64,000 nucleotides of DNA from Pseudomonadota bacterium (GTDB lineage Bacteria; Pseudomonadota; Gammaproteobacteria; Eutrophobiales; Eutrophobiaceae), in the NCBI GenBank assembly GCA_013112535.1, contig JABFGI010000007.1, forward strand, positions 43,592 through 107,591, given 5' to 3'. The notes under the pieces were generated by a model. It was not told the origin of the DNA and searched no databases. It saw only the letters and a list, made by a program, of their open reading frames with translations. The translations under genes were made by a program, and so were the position numbers. The stretch's first letter is position 1, and each line of letters opens with the position of its first letter. Below are positions 42,428 to 53,257 of the stretch, piece after piece.

Positions 42428-44922
42428 ATACTTTTAAGTTTGCATTAATTTCGTTAAAACGAGACTGGTACTCTGGAGAGCTCAGGTTAATCAGCATTTC
42501 TATTATTCTTGCCGTTGCTTGTTTAACTTCTGTGAGTTTTTTTGTTGACCGCGTTCACCGTGCGACAGAACAACATGCGACTGAATTACTTGCCGCAGAT
42601 CTGGTAATAATTTCTTCAGCCAAAATTAATAGTGAGATTATAAAACAGGCTATAGATTCGAAGTTAATCTATTCACTGAATGAAAGTTTTCGTAGCGTTG
42701 TCGTTAAAGATGAAAAACTTGAACTAGCTGAAGTCAAAGCAGTTGATACAAACTACCCAATTCATGGAAAATTAAAAATTAGTGACAGTTTATTCGGCAA
42801 GGAACAAATAACTAAGGCTATACCTGCAACAGGTACGGTCTGGATAGACAGCCGTTTAATGCAGACGTTACAAGTCAGTATAGGAGAAACAGTTAATCTT
42901 GGTGCGAGTGAATTGACTGTTTCAAAAAGGTTGACCTATGAACCTGATCGAGGCGGTGACTTATTTAATATTGCACCACGATTATTAATGAACCGGGATG
43001 ATTTAGAGGCAACTGGTTTAATACTTCCTGCAAGCCGTGTTCAATATCGATTATTACTTGGTGGCAATATTGATGTAATAAACCAATTTCGTAAAACGTT
43101 AGGTAAACTTCAATCTGACAAAGACAACAATCTTCGCATTCAAAGTATTAGAGATGCACGTCCGGAAATCAGATCCGCACTTGAACGAGCTGAACAATTT
43201 CTCGGTTTAGCCACCTTGGTCAGTATCGCTTTAGCAGGACTTGCTATTGCTATGTCAGCGCAACGTTATGCTACACGTCATTATGATACCTGCGCCATTA
43301 TGCGTTGTCTGGGTTTACAACAAAATGAAATTTCTCATATCTTTTTATTCCAGTTACTTATCCTTGGTTTTATCTGTAGTTTGATTGGCTGTGGATTTGG
43401 CTATATTGCGCAAGAAGGGTTAAATAAATTAATGATTGGCATATCGCAAACAAGCTTGCCTAAACCTTCGTTATTGCCATTTTTAAAAGGTATCTTTTCC
43501 GGACTACTGACGGTGCTTGCTTTTGCTTTACCACAACTTTTCAGTTTAAGAACAGTCTCTCCATTACGAGTATTGCGACGCGACTTAAATCCATTACCAA
43601 TCAAAAATTATATTATTTATCTCATTGCCATTCTGACATTAATTTTTTTAAGTCCATGGCAATCCGGCAGCATTAAAATAACGTTTCATACCTTATTGGG
43701 CTTATTCATTACAGCCATCGTACTGGCACTATCAGCTAAACAAATGTTACGTTTACTAAAATATTTTCAACCAAAACTTAAGATGGCAGCTCGTTATGGT
43801 TTAGCAAATGTTACGCATCGTGCGAATCAAAGCACAGTACAGATTATTGGTATTGGTCTTGGTATTACCGTTATGCTTTTACTAACTTTGATACGTACTG
43901 ATTTACTTGAGAACTGGAAAAATCGTTTACCTGAGAATGCGCCAAATTATTTTTTAATTAATATTCAGCCAAACCAGGTTGAACAGTTAAAGAGCATTTT
44001 ACTTGATTCTTTGGACAGAGAAATATTCCTCCATCCCATGATTCGAGGTCGTTTAACAAAGATTAATGATGTAGCTATTAATATTGTAAACTACAATAAC
44101 CCCAGAGCTAAGCGATTAGCAACGCGTGAGTTTAACCTTTCCTATGCCGAAACAATGCAAGAAGACAACAGACTCGCTGCGGGTTCATGGTGGCCAGAAG
44201 AGAGCCGTGATAAAAACTATTTTTCTGTAGAACAAGGGATTGCTGAAACATTGGGAATAAAACCAGGTGATGATTTAACCTATTCTATTGCCGGTGAATT
44301 AATAACAGGTAATGTTACCAGTCTTCGGTGGCTTGAATGGGATTCTTTTAATGTTAATTTTTTTGTTGTCGCCAATCCTGAAGCATTAAGCTCTCACCCT
44401 AGTACTTTTATCACCAGCTTTTATCTACCTGAATCAAAACGTGGTCTACTTGTTGATCTGGTTAAGCAATTTCCAAGCATCACTGTACTTGATATGGATG
44501 CAATACTGACTCAAGTTAAATCTATTATGCAGCAGGTTATACGCGCAGTTGAATTTGTATTTATTTTCACATTATTAACCGGTTTCACGGTTTTATTTGC
44601 AGCTATACAAAGTACCCATGATGAACGTACCAATGAAACAGCGATGATGAGTGCCTTGGGAGCGAGCCGCAAACAAATCGTTTCCGGTTTAGTTGCCGAA
44701 TTTCTTTTTCTTGGATTAATTACCGGAATATTGTCAGCTGTAGCTGCATCGATTATTGAATTAGTGCTCGCAGAATACATTTTTAAAATCCATATCGATT
44801 TTAACCCACTGATATGGATCCTTACACCTATAGTATGTTGCTTAATTATTGTTTCTGCCGGTTTATTTGGTACTCGAAAAGTATTGTCTACATCGCCGAT
44901 GGCAGTGTTAAGAAAGATTTAA
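42424..44922 (+). CDS. ybbP: ABC transporter permease YbbP-like (double FtsX domain)
   Basis: 832 aa with two FtsX-type TM modules. Overlaps the ybbA stop by 4 nt. Confidence 0.85.
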   Translation: MNTFKFALISLKRDWYSGELRLISISIILAVACLTSVSFFVDRVHRATEQHATELLAADLVIISSAKINSEIIKQAIDSKLIYSLNESFRSVVVKDEKLELAEVKAVDTNYPIHGKLKISDSLFGKEQITKAIPATGTVWIDSRLMQTLQVSIGETVNLGASELTVSKRLTYEPDRGGDLFNIAPRLLMNRDDLEATGLILPASRVQYRLLLGGNIDVINQFRKTLGKLQSDKDNNLRIQSIRDARPEIRSALERAEQFLGLATLVSIALAGLAIAMSAQRYATRHYDTCAIMRCLGLQQNEISHIFLFQLLILGFICSLIGCGFGYIAQEGLNKLMIGISQTSLPKPSLLPFLKGIFSGLLTVLAFALPQLFSLRTVSPLRVLRRDLNPLPIKNYIIYLIAILTLIFLSPWQSGSIKITFHTLLGLFITAIVLALSAKQMLRLLKYFQPKLKMAARYGLANVTHRANQSTVQIIGIGLGITVMLLLTLIRTDLLENWKNRLPENAPNYFLINIQPNQVEQLKSILLDSLDREIFLHPMIRGRLTKINDVAINIVNYNNPRAKRLATREFNLSYAETMQEDNRLAAGSWWPEESRDKNYFSVEQGIAETLGIKPGDDLTYSIAGELITGNVTSLRWLEWDSFNVNFFVVANPEALSSHPSTFITSFYLPESKRGLLVDLVKQFPSITVLDMDAILTQVKSIMQQVIRAVEFVFIFTLLTGFTVLFAAIQSTHDERTNETAMMSALGASRKQIVSGLVAEFLFLGLITGILSAVAASIIELVLAEYIFKIHIDFNPLIWILTPIVCCLIIVSAGLFGTRKVLSTSPMAVLRKI

Positions 44923-44985
44923 CATCTTGAACTTAAGAATTTAGTTATTATCTATATAGTTACTAATCAACCGAGGCTTGAAAAC

Positions 44986-45888
44986 ATGTTACGACTATTG
45001 CTTTTTCTGGGGACCAATATAGCCATCATGCTTGTTTTAAGTTTAAGTATGCGCTTACTCGGCGTTGATACGATGCTAGCACAACAGGGTGGTGGTCTGG
45101 ATTTAACTTCCTTAATTATATTCTCCGGTATTTTTGGTATGGGTGGTTCGTTAATCTCACTTGCGATATCCAAGTGGATGGCAAAAAAATCCATGGGTGT
45201 CCAAGTTATAGAAACGCCTACTACTCAACAGGAAGAATGGTTAATTTCAACAGTTGAAATGCAGGCCAGAGAAGCCGGCATAGGTATACCGGAAGTAGGC
45301 ATATTTAACTCGCCACAACCTAATGCATTTGCAACGGGTATGAATAAAAATGCTGCTTTGGTTGCCGTTAGTACAGGTTTACTAGCAAATATGAATCAGG
45401 ATGAAGTAGAAGCCGTTTTAGGTCACGAAGTCAGTCATGTCGCTAATGGTGACATGGTAACGCTGACTTTGATTCAAGGTGTTGTTAATACCTTTGTTAT
45501 TTTCTTTTCGCGCGTTATTGGACACATACTAGATCGTGTTGTATTTAAAATAGAACGCGGACATGGTCCTGGTTACTGGATAGGCGTTATTTTCGTACAA
45601 ATGATCCTGTCTGTCTTGGCTAGCACAATAGTCATGTGGTTTTCGCGTCGACGTGAATTCAAGGCTGACTCTGGTGGCGCTTATTTAGCCGGCCGCGAAA
45701 AAATGATTTCTGCTTTACGTCGCCTGCAACAAGGCAACGATCCTCAACCTCTACCTGATGAAATGGCTGCTTTTGGTATTTCAGGTGGGCGTCCGAGCGG
45801 CTTCAAACGTTTATTCATGAGTCATCCTCCTTTGGAGGAACGCATTGCTGTTCTGGAAAGTAGCATGGACTATAACAGTGTAAATTAA
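44986..45888 (+). CDS. htpX: Membrane zinc protease HtpX
   Basis: [10 protein letters not shown] motif and an HtpX-like TM layout. Confidence 0.93.
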   Translation: MLRLLLFLGTNIAIMLVLSLSMRLLGVDTMLAQQGGGLDLTSLIIFSGIFGMGGSLISLAISKWMAKKSMGVQVIETPTTQQEEWLISTVEMQAREAGIGIPEVGIFNSPQPNAFATGMNKNAALVAVSTGLLANMNQDEVEAVLGHEVSHVANGDMVTLTLIQGVVNTFVIFFSRVIGHILDRVVFKIERGHGPGYWIGVIFVQMILSVLASTIVMWFSRRREFKADSGGAYLAGREKMISALRRLQQGNDPQPLPDEMAAFGISGGRPSGFKRLFMSHPPLEERIAVLESSMDYNSVN

Positions 45889-45910
45889 TATTAAATAACC
45901 AGACAGTTGT

Positions 45911-46213
45911 ATGAAAAAAATATACTTTGGTGATTTTCATCAGTACGTGGTTGAACACATCAACGATCTGGAAAACCCTGATCTTGAATCTTATACAACC
46001 GAATGGTTTCTGATTCGTTATTTAAAAAAAATCACCAAGATAACGATTGAAGGTAATCTGGATTACAATCGTGTCGAGGGACCGATGCGTTCACTAATTC
46101 GTTTCTATGTTGACAATATTAATGAGTCATCTGATTTAGCTGAACGTTGTATCAAGATTCATAGTAAGTACCGCGCATTAATTCTTAAGCAACAATCTTC
46201 AAAATATTCCTGA
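45911..46213 (+). CDS. Hypothetical protein (100 aa)
   Basis: ORF only; no recognised motif. Confidence 0.4.
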   Translation: MKKIYFGDFHQYVVEHINDLENPDLESYTTEWFLIRYLKKITKITIEGNLDYNRVEGPMRSLIRFYVDNINESSDLAERCIKIHSKYRALILKQQSSKYS

Positions 46214-46353
46214 GTTTTATAAAATATCAGTTTTTAGTATTAAATTTATATACTAATAGAATAATATAACTATTCAATAATAGTATTAGTTTATTTTATT
46301 AATACTACTCACCATGCTTTGGTCACATTAACAAAACAAAGAGGACCAAAATC

Positions 46354-47016
46354 ATGGGTATTATTAATCGTATTACGACTACTTTAACCGCATCGGTCGA
46401 TAAGGCCGTTTCACAAGTTGAGAATCATGACGCTGTGATTGATGTATCTATCAAAGACTGTCGTGCTGCATTAGCCAAAGCACAAGTTCGCTATTCCAGA
46501 GTCAAGAAAGATCGCGAGAACTTACAGTCCAGATTAAAAGAACTGCAACAGATGGAGGTAACCTGGGAAAACAGGGCAAAGTCGGTTGCTGAACAAAATG
46601 AGAAAATGGCATTGGATTGTTTGCATCGAAAAAATATATGTAAACAACGCATTGTCAGTATTCAACAATCCCTTTCTCAACACGAAAAATTGGAACAAAA
46701 GGTCAGTGCCAGTATTGCAAAAATTGAACAACGTCTTTCCAGGATAACCCAGCAACGAAATATGATGCGTTCGCGTCATTCAGCCGCAGATGCATTACGT
46801 ACTATCAATAGTATCGAAGGTTCAGCAGGTAATGATGTTGATGACACTTTTGAACGCTGGGAAATGCTCATCAGTGAAGCCGAATATGAAGTCGGTCAGG
46901 AGATAGAGTCTATTGATCTCCTGGATAAATCTTTTTGTGAAAAAGAAGATGAAGAAACACTTCGTGCAGAACTTGCTGCGTTAATGAGCAATAAGGAGGA
47001 TGAACATCATGAATAG
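46354..47016 (+). CDS. PspA/IM30-family protein
   Basis: 220-aa coiled-coil protein with a PspA-like N-terminus (MGIINRITTTLTASVDKAVSQVENHDAVID) and an FERWE motif. Confidence 0.8.
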   Translation: MGIINRITTTLTASVDKAVSQVENHDAVIDVSIKDCRAALAKAQVRYSRVKKDRENLQSRLKELQQMEVTWENRAKSVAEQNEKMALDCLHRKNICKQRIVSIQQSLSQHEKLEQKVSASIAKIEQRLSRITQQRNMMRSRHSAADALRTINSIEGSAGNDVDDTFERWEMLISEAEYEVGQEIESIDLLDKSFCEKEDEETLRAELAALMSNKEDEHHE

Positions 47017-48370
47017 TATAAGCACAATGGATGTTTCTGATGCTATTGAAGAAGCATCATTTAAAGAGACAAAAGAAAAAAAATCGATCATGAAAATGAT
47101 TAAACAGTTTGCAACACTGTCACAAGTACTGAGAACCGTAGGTGCATTTTCAGTTGTTGCATCTATGTCTATTTTCTTGCTTCAAGACTGGAGTAACGGT
47201 AGCGATTTACATCGCTACTACTTGTTACTTTCTCAAAGTGTGCTTTTAGCTATCGGCGGTTTTAGCATGGCTTTCCTGTTAAAAGAAAATAAAGGAGCAA
47301 GAGTATTCTTTGGTTTAAGCCTGATCTCTATTGCCGCTAACTTAACAACATTAGGTGCATTAATATTTTCCTACGTACAATGGGGTGGTGAATTATCAAA
47401 TTATCCCGATATTGCACTTTGGACAGTTAGCAGCGGAACTTCTGTTGCAATAGCACTTAGTATTGCTGCAATTGTTTTAATACCAATTACTATTTTTGGT
47501 TTTAAAGTAATGGCTCGTCAGTCTGCTATGCCGTTAACTGCAGCCTACTTGCTTTCTAACTCGATGTTGCTTTTGCCAGTAAGAGATACGCTTTTTGTAT
47601 CATTGATAGCGGGTGCAAGCATTTTGTTATTACTTACGTTTGTTAGCAAGCTAATAAAGAAAGATCCTAAATTACGTACAGCTGAAGGTAAGTTTGCAAG
47701 AATATTATTATTCGTTGCGCCTATCATCATGTTGATACGTAGCTTATGGTTGTATCAAGCCGATGAAATGATTTATACCATCATTGCATTTACCGGTTTC
47801 ATGACATTGAGACACTGTTCATTGCAATTGGATATTCAAAGTCAACTTCGTAAATTTACCGAGTTTTTATCAATTCCTACGGCATTTTTTGTTGCCCTGC
47901 CTGCTTCGCAGTTAATTGATAAAATTCTTCCTGTTGAATTTACTTTACCAGCCTTTGCATTAATTTTTGCTGCGCACATGATAGAACTTGCAAGACGCAG
48001 TAGCGATGATTATAAAGGAGGCGCACTTTTCTTAGCTGGTCTGGTAACCAGCTTAAGCTTCATCATTCATCTTGGAATGAATGAAACTCTGTTTAACGGC
48101 ATCCTATGTGCATTTGCAGGAATGTCTGTTATAACGCTGGGCTATATCAACAAATCAAAGGCAATAACAATATTTGGTTTAATTACCACTACTGTTGCTG
48201 CGATATATGATTTCTCTCATATATTCGAAATAGTTGATTTGTTTAGCTGGGGTAGCTTGGCAGTCATCGGTGTTTCAGCGATTGTTATTGGTTCTGTCAT
48301 TGAGCGACATGGCGTTGCTATAAAATTGCGAATCGATAAATCGTTTAAAAAAGCTGAAGCCAGATTCTAA
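47009..48370 (+). CDS. Large polytopic membrane protein (about 11-12 TM), unknown function
   Basis: Start chosen 9 nt after an AGGAGG SD. The ATG overlaps the pspA-like stop (ATGAATAG). Very hydrophobic throughout. Confidence 0.6.
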   Translation: MNSISTMDVSDAIEEASFKETKEKKSIMKMIKQFATLSQVLRTVGAFSVVASMSIFLLQDWSNGSDLHRYYLLLSQSVLLAIGGFSMAFLLKENKGARVFFGLSLISIAANLTTLGALIFSYVQWGGELSNYPDIALWTVSSGTSVAIALSIAAIVLIPITIFGFKVMARQSAMPLTAAYLLSNSMLLLPVRDTLFVSLIAGASILLLLTFVSKLIKKDPKLRTAEGKFARILLFVAPIIMLIRSLWLYQADEMIYTIIAFTGFMTLRHCSLQLDIQSQLRKFTEFLSIPTAFFVALPASQLIDKILPVEFTLPAFALIFAAHMIELARRSSDDYKGGALFLAGLVTSLSFIIHLGMNETLFNGILCAFAGMSVITLGYINKSKAITIFGLITTTVAAIYDFSHIFEIVDLFSWGSLAVIGVSAIVIGSVIERHGVAIKLRIDKSFKKAEARF

Positions 48371-48389
48371 TATTAGCAACAAATAAAAG

Positions 48390-48428
48390 AACGGCCATAT
48401 AAGGAAACTTATATAGGCCGTTTTTTAT
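48390..48428 (+). terminator. Rho-independent terminator
   Basis: AACGGCCATATAAG...CTTATATAGGCCGTT stem (one bulge) followed by TTTTTTATT. Confidence 0.85.
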
Positions 48429-48466
48429 TATCGACTTCTATATACAAACAGATAAACTCTTGTTCC

Positions 48467-49015
48467 ATGAATTTTGAGCAATTACCAGAAGACATTCCTG
48501 TTCCTGAAGATGACGGTGCATGCGACCATTTAACAGGGATAATTATTCCCAAGATTATTTTAAACGCGACCAATAGTGAAGAAATAAACATTGGAAACTT
48601 ACATGGCTATACAGTTATTTATATTTACCCAATGACTGGACAGCCAAATATTGCTTTACCAGAAGGTTGGGACTCTATTCCTGGTGCCAGAGGTTGCACA
48701 CCTCAATCATGTAGCTTTCGTGATATTCATAGCGATCTAATACAATATGCAAGCATTTATGGATTAAGCAGCCAAGTGACAGACTATCAATTTGAAGCCA
48801 AATCACGACTGCATCTTCCGTTTGAATTATTAAGTGACACCAATTTTTTACTTAAACAAAAACTTTCGTTACCAACTTTTAGTCATGAAGGAGTAGAGAG
48901 ATACAAAAGAGTCACATTAATATTAAAAAATAATTTAATTAAAAAAGTCTTTTTTCCTGTGTTTCCGCCTGATGAAAATCCAACTGATGTTCTAAACTGG
49001 CTTGAACAACAGTGA
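48467..49015 (+). CDS. Peroxiredoxin / redoxin-family protein
   Basis: Thioredoxin-fold size, with a GCTPQSC motif resembling the Bcp-type GCTxxxC. Confidence 0.65.
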   Translation: MNFEQLPEDIPVPEDDGACDHLTGIIIPKIILNATNSEEINIGNLHGYTVIYIYPMTGQPNIALPEGWDSIPGARGCTPQSCSFRDIHSDLIQYASIYGLSSQVTDYQFEAKSRLHLPFELLSDTNFLLKQKLSLPTFSHEGVERYKRVTLILKNNLIKKVFFPVFPPDENPTDVLNWLEQQ

Positions 49016-49213
49016 AAAAACTACACTAAGTATAATGTCTTTTATTTGAGACGCTTGAACAGCTATACTTCATATATTTATTTTGCCAAGTAGTTCACAC
49101 AGAAAGTTTTAAATTGCTGTTTTTAATGAATATTTAATTTTATTTACGTGTAACTTTTCGTCGGCATAACCCTTGCTCTGTATTAAACAATTAATTATTA
49201 AAAAATAACGAAT

Positions 49214-49621
49214 ATGGATTCAACGACAAAAACAGAAATTCGCCGTAGTAATTTACGTCTATTACTTCGTGAAGCGGGTGGAAATGATCAGATCGCTAAA
49301 AGATTAAAGATGGAAAAGAAAGAACTTGCTCAACTTATCAATCTTAAAAACGAATGCAGCATCGGATCGTGGCTAGCCCGTGATATTGAAGAAAAGCTTG
49401 GTTTAGAATCAGGTTGGCTCGATATTTCTCATAATTATTTACCACAAGAGGCACGTTCTATCGCACAAAAATGGCTGGTATTACCTCCAGCATTACAAGA
49501 GCAAATTAAAGATTATATTGATATGCAGATAGAATCACTTCGTTTTGAATCAGAAGATGATGAAGAAGATATAACCGACTTTTCAAAACTGCGTGCGCGA
49601 GAATCAAGTTGGGACTCTTGA
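49214..49621 (+). CDS. Hypothetical protein, possible Cro/CI-like DNA-binding N-terminus with an acidic tail
   Basis: ORF only; the helix-turn-helix impression is weak. Confidence 0.4.
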   Translation: MDSTTKTEIRRSNLRLLLREAGGNDQIAKRLKMEKKELAQLINLKNECSIGSWLARDIEEKLGLESGWLDISHNYLPQEARSIAQKWLVLPPALQEQIKDYIDMQIESLRFESEDDEEDITDFSKLRARESSWDS

Positions 49622-49715
49622 ATCAGTTTTAATATTTAATACTATTAATATAAACCTATAGACTGATATGGGCATTTTTTACTAAGATCGAATCAAATTA
49701 ACATGGAGGTTTTGC

Positions 49716-50309
49716 ATGCATATAAATACACTATTATTTTTTCTCCTTTTTTCTATTTCACTGCCAACTATTGCTGCAGAATGCTTTGGTGATTCACCGG
49801 GAAAAACAGATGGTTCTTATATAACGCCTGAAACAGTTCCTTCACCTCTAAATTCTCAACAAGTAAAAATAGTTCGTAAACTATTTAAAGAGCTTAACGG
49901 AAGATGGACGGGTGATGCTGCATATATTTTTTGTAAAGGAAAAAAATCTTCATTCAAGGAACTAGGTAACGAGTTCTATCTGGAAAGCAAAGTTAAATCA
50001 GACAAGGATGAATTAACTCTTAATACGACTTTAAAATATAAAAACAAAAATAAAAGCAAAGTAAAAAAATTAAGTATTTATATCAATGATAATTTATTGC
50101 GGCATGATGACAAGGGTACAGGTGGAAATGTATCGATAATCTCCATCGAAAAGAATAAAATACATTATGTAAAAAAACATGCTAGCAATGCAGGTCTTGA
50201 GGAAATAGCTATTATCCTGAGAAAAGTAAAATCAGAGTTTGTCCTGGAACAACAAAAATATGTTCGTGGTGAACTCGCCAGTAAAGAATTATGGATATTA
50301 AAAAAATGA
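49716..50309 (+). CDS. Secreted hypothetical protein
   Basis: N-terminal signal peptide (LLFFLLFSISLPTIAAE). GGAGG SD. Confidence 0.5.
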   Translation: MHINTLLFFLLFSISLPTIAAECFGDSPGKTDGSYITPETVPSPLNSQQVKIVRKLFKELNGRWTGDAAYIFCKGKKSSFKELGNEFYLESKVKSDKDELTLNTTLKYKNKNKSKVKKLSIYINDNLLRHDDKGTGGNVSIISIEKNKIHYVKKHASNAGLEEIAIILRKVKSEFVLEQQKYVRGELASKELWILKK

Positions 50310-50324
50310 GTCTTCCAGAAAAAA

Positions 50325-50687
50325 CTAATCAAGCCTTTTATCGCCCTCTTCACTCCATGGTGGATTGACTATTGCAATAAAAATCAACACTTCATCTGCA
50401 ATATTTTCAATCCACTGTGTACGAGAAGGTTCAATATAAATCGCATCACCTGCTTTGACTTCTTTTTGTTCATCATCAATATGCATTAGCCCTCTGCCAG
50501 TATTAATGAGATAGACTTCAGCCTGTTCCAGTTTATGTTTATAACTATGTTGACCGACATCAACTGTCGCTATCGCGATGGAATACGGTAAATTGATGTT
50601 GTCATTCTTTGGATGCAGCCATTCCTGTATCTGACAACCATCATTTGCGGTAAACTTGGTACAATCATTAATATTTTTTACAAACAC
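50325..50687 (-). CDS. Cupin-domain protein
   Basis: 120 aa with a cupin-like pattern (H.H...E...G...GD...P.....H-type spacing); recognised by eye. Confidence 0.55.
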   Translation of the reverse strand: MFVKNINDCTKFTANDGCQIQEWLHPKNDNINLPYSIAIATVDVGQHSYKHKLEQAEVYLINTGRGLMHIDDEQKEVKAGDAIYIEPSRTQWIENIADEVLIFIAIVNPPWSEEGDKRLD

Positions 50688-50712
50688 ATTCAGTTCCTGA
50701 AAAAAGACGGTT

Positions 50713-51795
50713 ATGAAGTATAAAGGTAATCCAGATTATAAACATGATAGCGAAAGCTGTATTGGTGTCCTGATCACAAATCTCGGCACACCAGATGCAC
50801 CAACGCCAGCTGCATTACGAACATATCTGGCAGAGTTCCTTTCAGATCCACGTGTCATTGAAGTACCTAAAATCATCTGGTGGTTTATATTACATGGCAT
50901 TATTCTACGAACTCGACCCAAAAAATCTGCGGAAGCTTATGAAAAGATCTGGACAAAAAACGGTTCTCCCCTACTCGATATTTCTATTAAGCAAGTTGAT
51001 GAAATTAAAGCTGAAATAGAAAAACAGTATCCTGGAAACATCAAAATTGAATTAGCCATGCGCTATGGCAATCCTTCAATAGAATCCGGTTTAGAAAAAT
51101 TACGTAAGGCCAATGCTAGTCGAATTTTAATCTTTCCACTTTATCCCCAATATTCAGCAGCAACAACAGCGTCAACCTTTGATGAAGTTGCAAACGTCCT
51201 TAAAACCTGGCGTTGGGTTCCTGCACTCAGGATGATTAACCATTATCATGACAATCCAGATTATATTGATGCGTTAGCAAATAGCATTGAAAGACATTGG
51301 CAATCAAACTCAAAACCTGAAAAATTAATATTTTCGTTTCATGGTATGCCACAACACTATATTGATGCAGGTGATCCTTATTTTTGCGAATGTCAAAAAT
51401 CAGCGCGCCTGGTTGCAGAAAAACTACAACTGAAAAAAAATGAATGGCTTGTGACGTTTCAATCTCGTTTCGGGCCGCGGCAATGGTTACAACCTTATAC
51501 CGATATCACATTAAAAGAACTTGCCAAAAATGGAATAAAACATGTTCAAATAATTTGTCCCGGTTTTTCTGCTGACTGTCTTGAAACTATAGAAGAAATA
51601 GACATGCAAAACAGAGGTTTTTTTAAAGAAGCAGGTGGAGAAACATTTTCTTATATTCCTGCACTTAATAATAACAATGAACATATACAAACATTAAGCA
51701 ATATTATTATGACGCAATGTCAAGGCTGGAATGAAGATCATAAAGGTTTGGATAGAAGAAAAGAACGAGCAGTTCAATTAGGGGCTAAAACATAG
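50713..51795 (+). CDS. hemH: Ferrochelatase
   Basis: Conserved HemH blocks (LYPQYSAATT, FSFHGMP, QSRFGP..WL.P). Confidence 0.95.
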   Translation: MKYKGNPDYKHDSESCIGVLITNLGTPDAPTPAALRTYLAEFLSDPRVIEVPKIIWWFILHGIILRTRPKKSAEAYEKIWTKNGSPLLDISIKQVDEIKAEIEKQYPGNIKIELAMRYGNPSIESGLEKLRKANASRILIFPLYPQYSAATTASTFDEVANVLKTWRWVPALRMINHYHDNPDYIDALANSIERHWQSNSKPEKLIFSFHGMPQHYIDAGDPYFCECQKSARLVAEKLQLKKNEWLVTFQSRFGPRQWLQPYTDITLKELAKNGIKHVQIICPGFSADCLETIEEIDMQNRGFFKEAGGETFSYIPALNNNNEHIQTLSNIIMTQCQGWNEDHKGLDRRKERAVQLGAKT

Positions 51796-51825
51796 TTTGT
51801 AACCAATAAATAAAGGGTATTTATT

Positions 51826-52419
51826 TTGGGAAAACATAAAGCATTGTATTTGGTTCTAATTTTGACCATTACCTTTGGGTGCTCAATAAAACCTTTTAAT
51901 TCGAAAAATATTCAAACTAAACTCACACCAGCATATACAGAACCAGAACCAGAAAGAGCATACATAATAACATCTACCTCAAACTTTAAAATTAACGGAG
52001 TTTCTCTAGAAAAAAACGTTAGAGAATCTATAAACACTGGAATAAATATCATTACCTTTGATGGACCTGTGAAAGTGACAGTACCATCAAAACCTATTAT
52101 TGAAGCAGAAAAAGAACAAGCCAATGCTGCTAAATTTACTGCTTGTATTTCTGCATTACCATTATGTCCGGTCACCTTATTATTAATGCAAATTGCTTTT
52201 GATAAAACAAGCATAGTTGAAGCCAGATGCACAGGCGAATTAGAATTTTATGCGAATAATCTACATAGTTACTCCATAAATCTCTATACCAACGAAAACA
52301 CTGTTCCTAAAATATCAATTGTGTCCATTAATAACGACATCAAAGCTATAGAAAGAATTACAAATTGTGATACTGCTGATACCATTGAAATACAGAGTGC
52401 AGGAAATCAGATGAAGTAA
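51826..52419 (+). CDS. Putative lipoprotein, unknown function
   Basis: TTG start. Lipobox-like LILTITFGCS. Confidence 0.45.
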   Translation: MGKHKALYLVLILTITFGCSIKPFNSKNIQTKLTPAYTEPEPERAYIITSTSNFKINGVSLEKNVRESINTGINIITFDGPVKVTVPSKPIIEAEKEQANAAKFTACISALPLCPVTLLLMQIAFDKTSIVEARCTGELEFYANNLHSYSINLYTNENTVPKISIVSINNDIKAIERITNCDTADTIEIQSAGNQMK

Positions 52420-52489
52420 ATGTCTCCTAATCCTTAAATTATTAGTTTTTTGTAGCTATACTTAAATATTAAAAATTGAAAATGTAATT

Positions 52490-52912
52490 GTGATGCTTTA
52501 TTCATTAGTATACACAAGCAGGGCTATCAGGGATTATAATCGCAATGATCTTCTTTCGCTTTTATTACAAGCTAGAAATCGTAATAAGCGTTTAGAAATT
52601 ACCGGAATGCTACTGTATACCGATAGTCGTTTTGTGCAGGTGCTTGAAGGAGAGGAAGCAACTGTTCTATCACTGTATGATGATATACGAGACGATACTC
52701 GTCATGTAAATGTAACCACATTAGTTGAAAATAATATTGATAAAAGAATGTTTCCTGACTGGACTATGGGTTACAAGAATATTGATTTGCAACATTATCG
52801 AAATATTCCCGGTTTAAATTTGTTTTTAGATAATGAGCAGATCTCTGAGCCATATCGAATACTGTTACATTTTAAAGATGATCCCAGTTGTTTCCAGAAA
52901 GATACCATTTAG
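52490..52912 (+). CDS. BLUF-domain blue-light FAD photoreceptor (stand-alone)
   Basis: LYSLVYTSRA...RNRNKRLEITGMLLY...FVQVLEG is typical of BLUF. Confidence 0.8.
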   Translation: MMLYSLVYTSRAIRDYNRNDLLSLLLQARNRNKRLEITGMLLYTDSRFVQVLEGEEATVLSLYDDIRDDTRHVNVTTLVENNIDKRMFPDWTMGYKNIDLQHYRNIPGLNLFLDNEQISEPYRILLHFKDDPSCFQKDTI

Positions 52913-53212
52913 TTACTGAGAATTAATTAATTCTGTTATCTCAACACCTTTCCAAAATGCGACACAGTTTTTGATGTTTTCTGCTTTTGATTTTGGTTTG
53001 GGATAATACCAGGCTGCATCTTTATTTGTTTTTCCATTAACTTCGATATCATAATAATTGGCTTCACCTTTCCAGAAACAGGTTGAATGTGTATCGCTTT
53101 CTTTAAAATATTCTTTTGTAATAGCATCCGGTGGAAAATAAATATTACCTTCTACTTTTTTAAAAGTATCACTTTCTGCAATCACAACATCATTCCAGAT
53201 AGCTTTCGCCAT
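52913..53212 (-). CDS. DUF427-domain protein
   Basis: The pattern AIWNDVVIAES...YFP...CFWKGEANYY is typical of DUF427. Confidence 0.7.
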   Translation of the reverse strand: MAKAIWNDVVIAESDTFKKVEGNIYFPPDAITKEYFKESDTHSTCFWKGEANYYDIEVNGKTNKDAAWYYPKPKSKAENIKNCVAFWKGVEITELINSQ

Positions 53213-53257
53213 AATTATTACCTATGTTGTGAGAGGACAGGAATCCGAGGCAACGAT

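Noticed and set aside
46214-46353. Search for a sigma-54 promoter upstream of the pspA-like gene (TGGTCAC at about 46320)
   Set aside because: No TTGC element lies at the required spacing, and no PspF-like activator gene is nearby. Only AT-rich TAGTATTAA/TTAATACTA repeats of unclear meaning are present.
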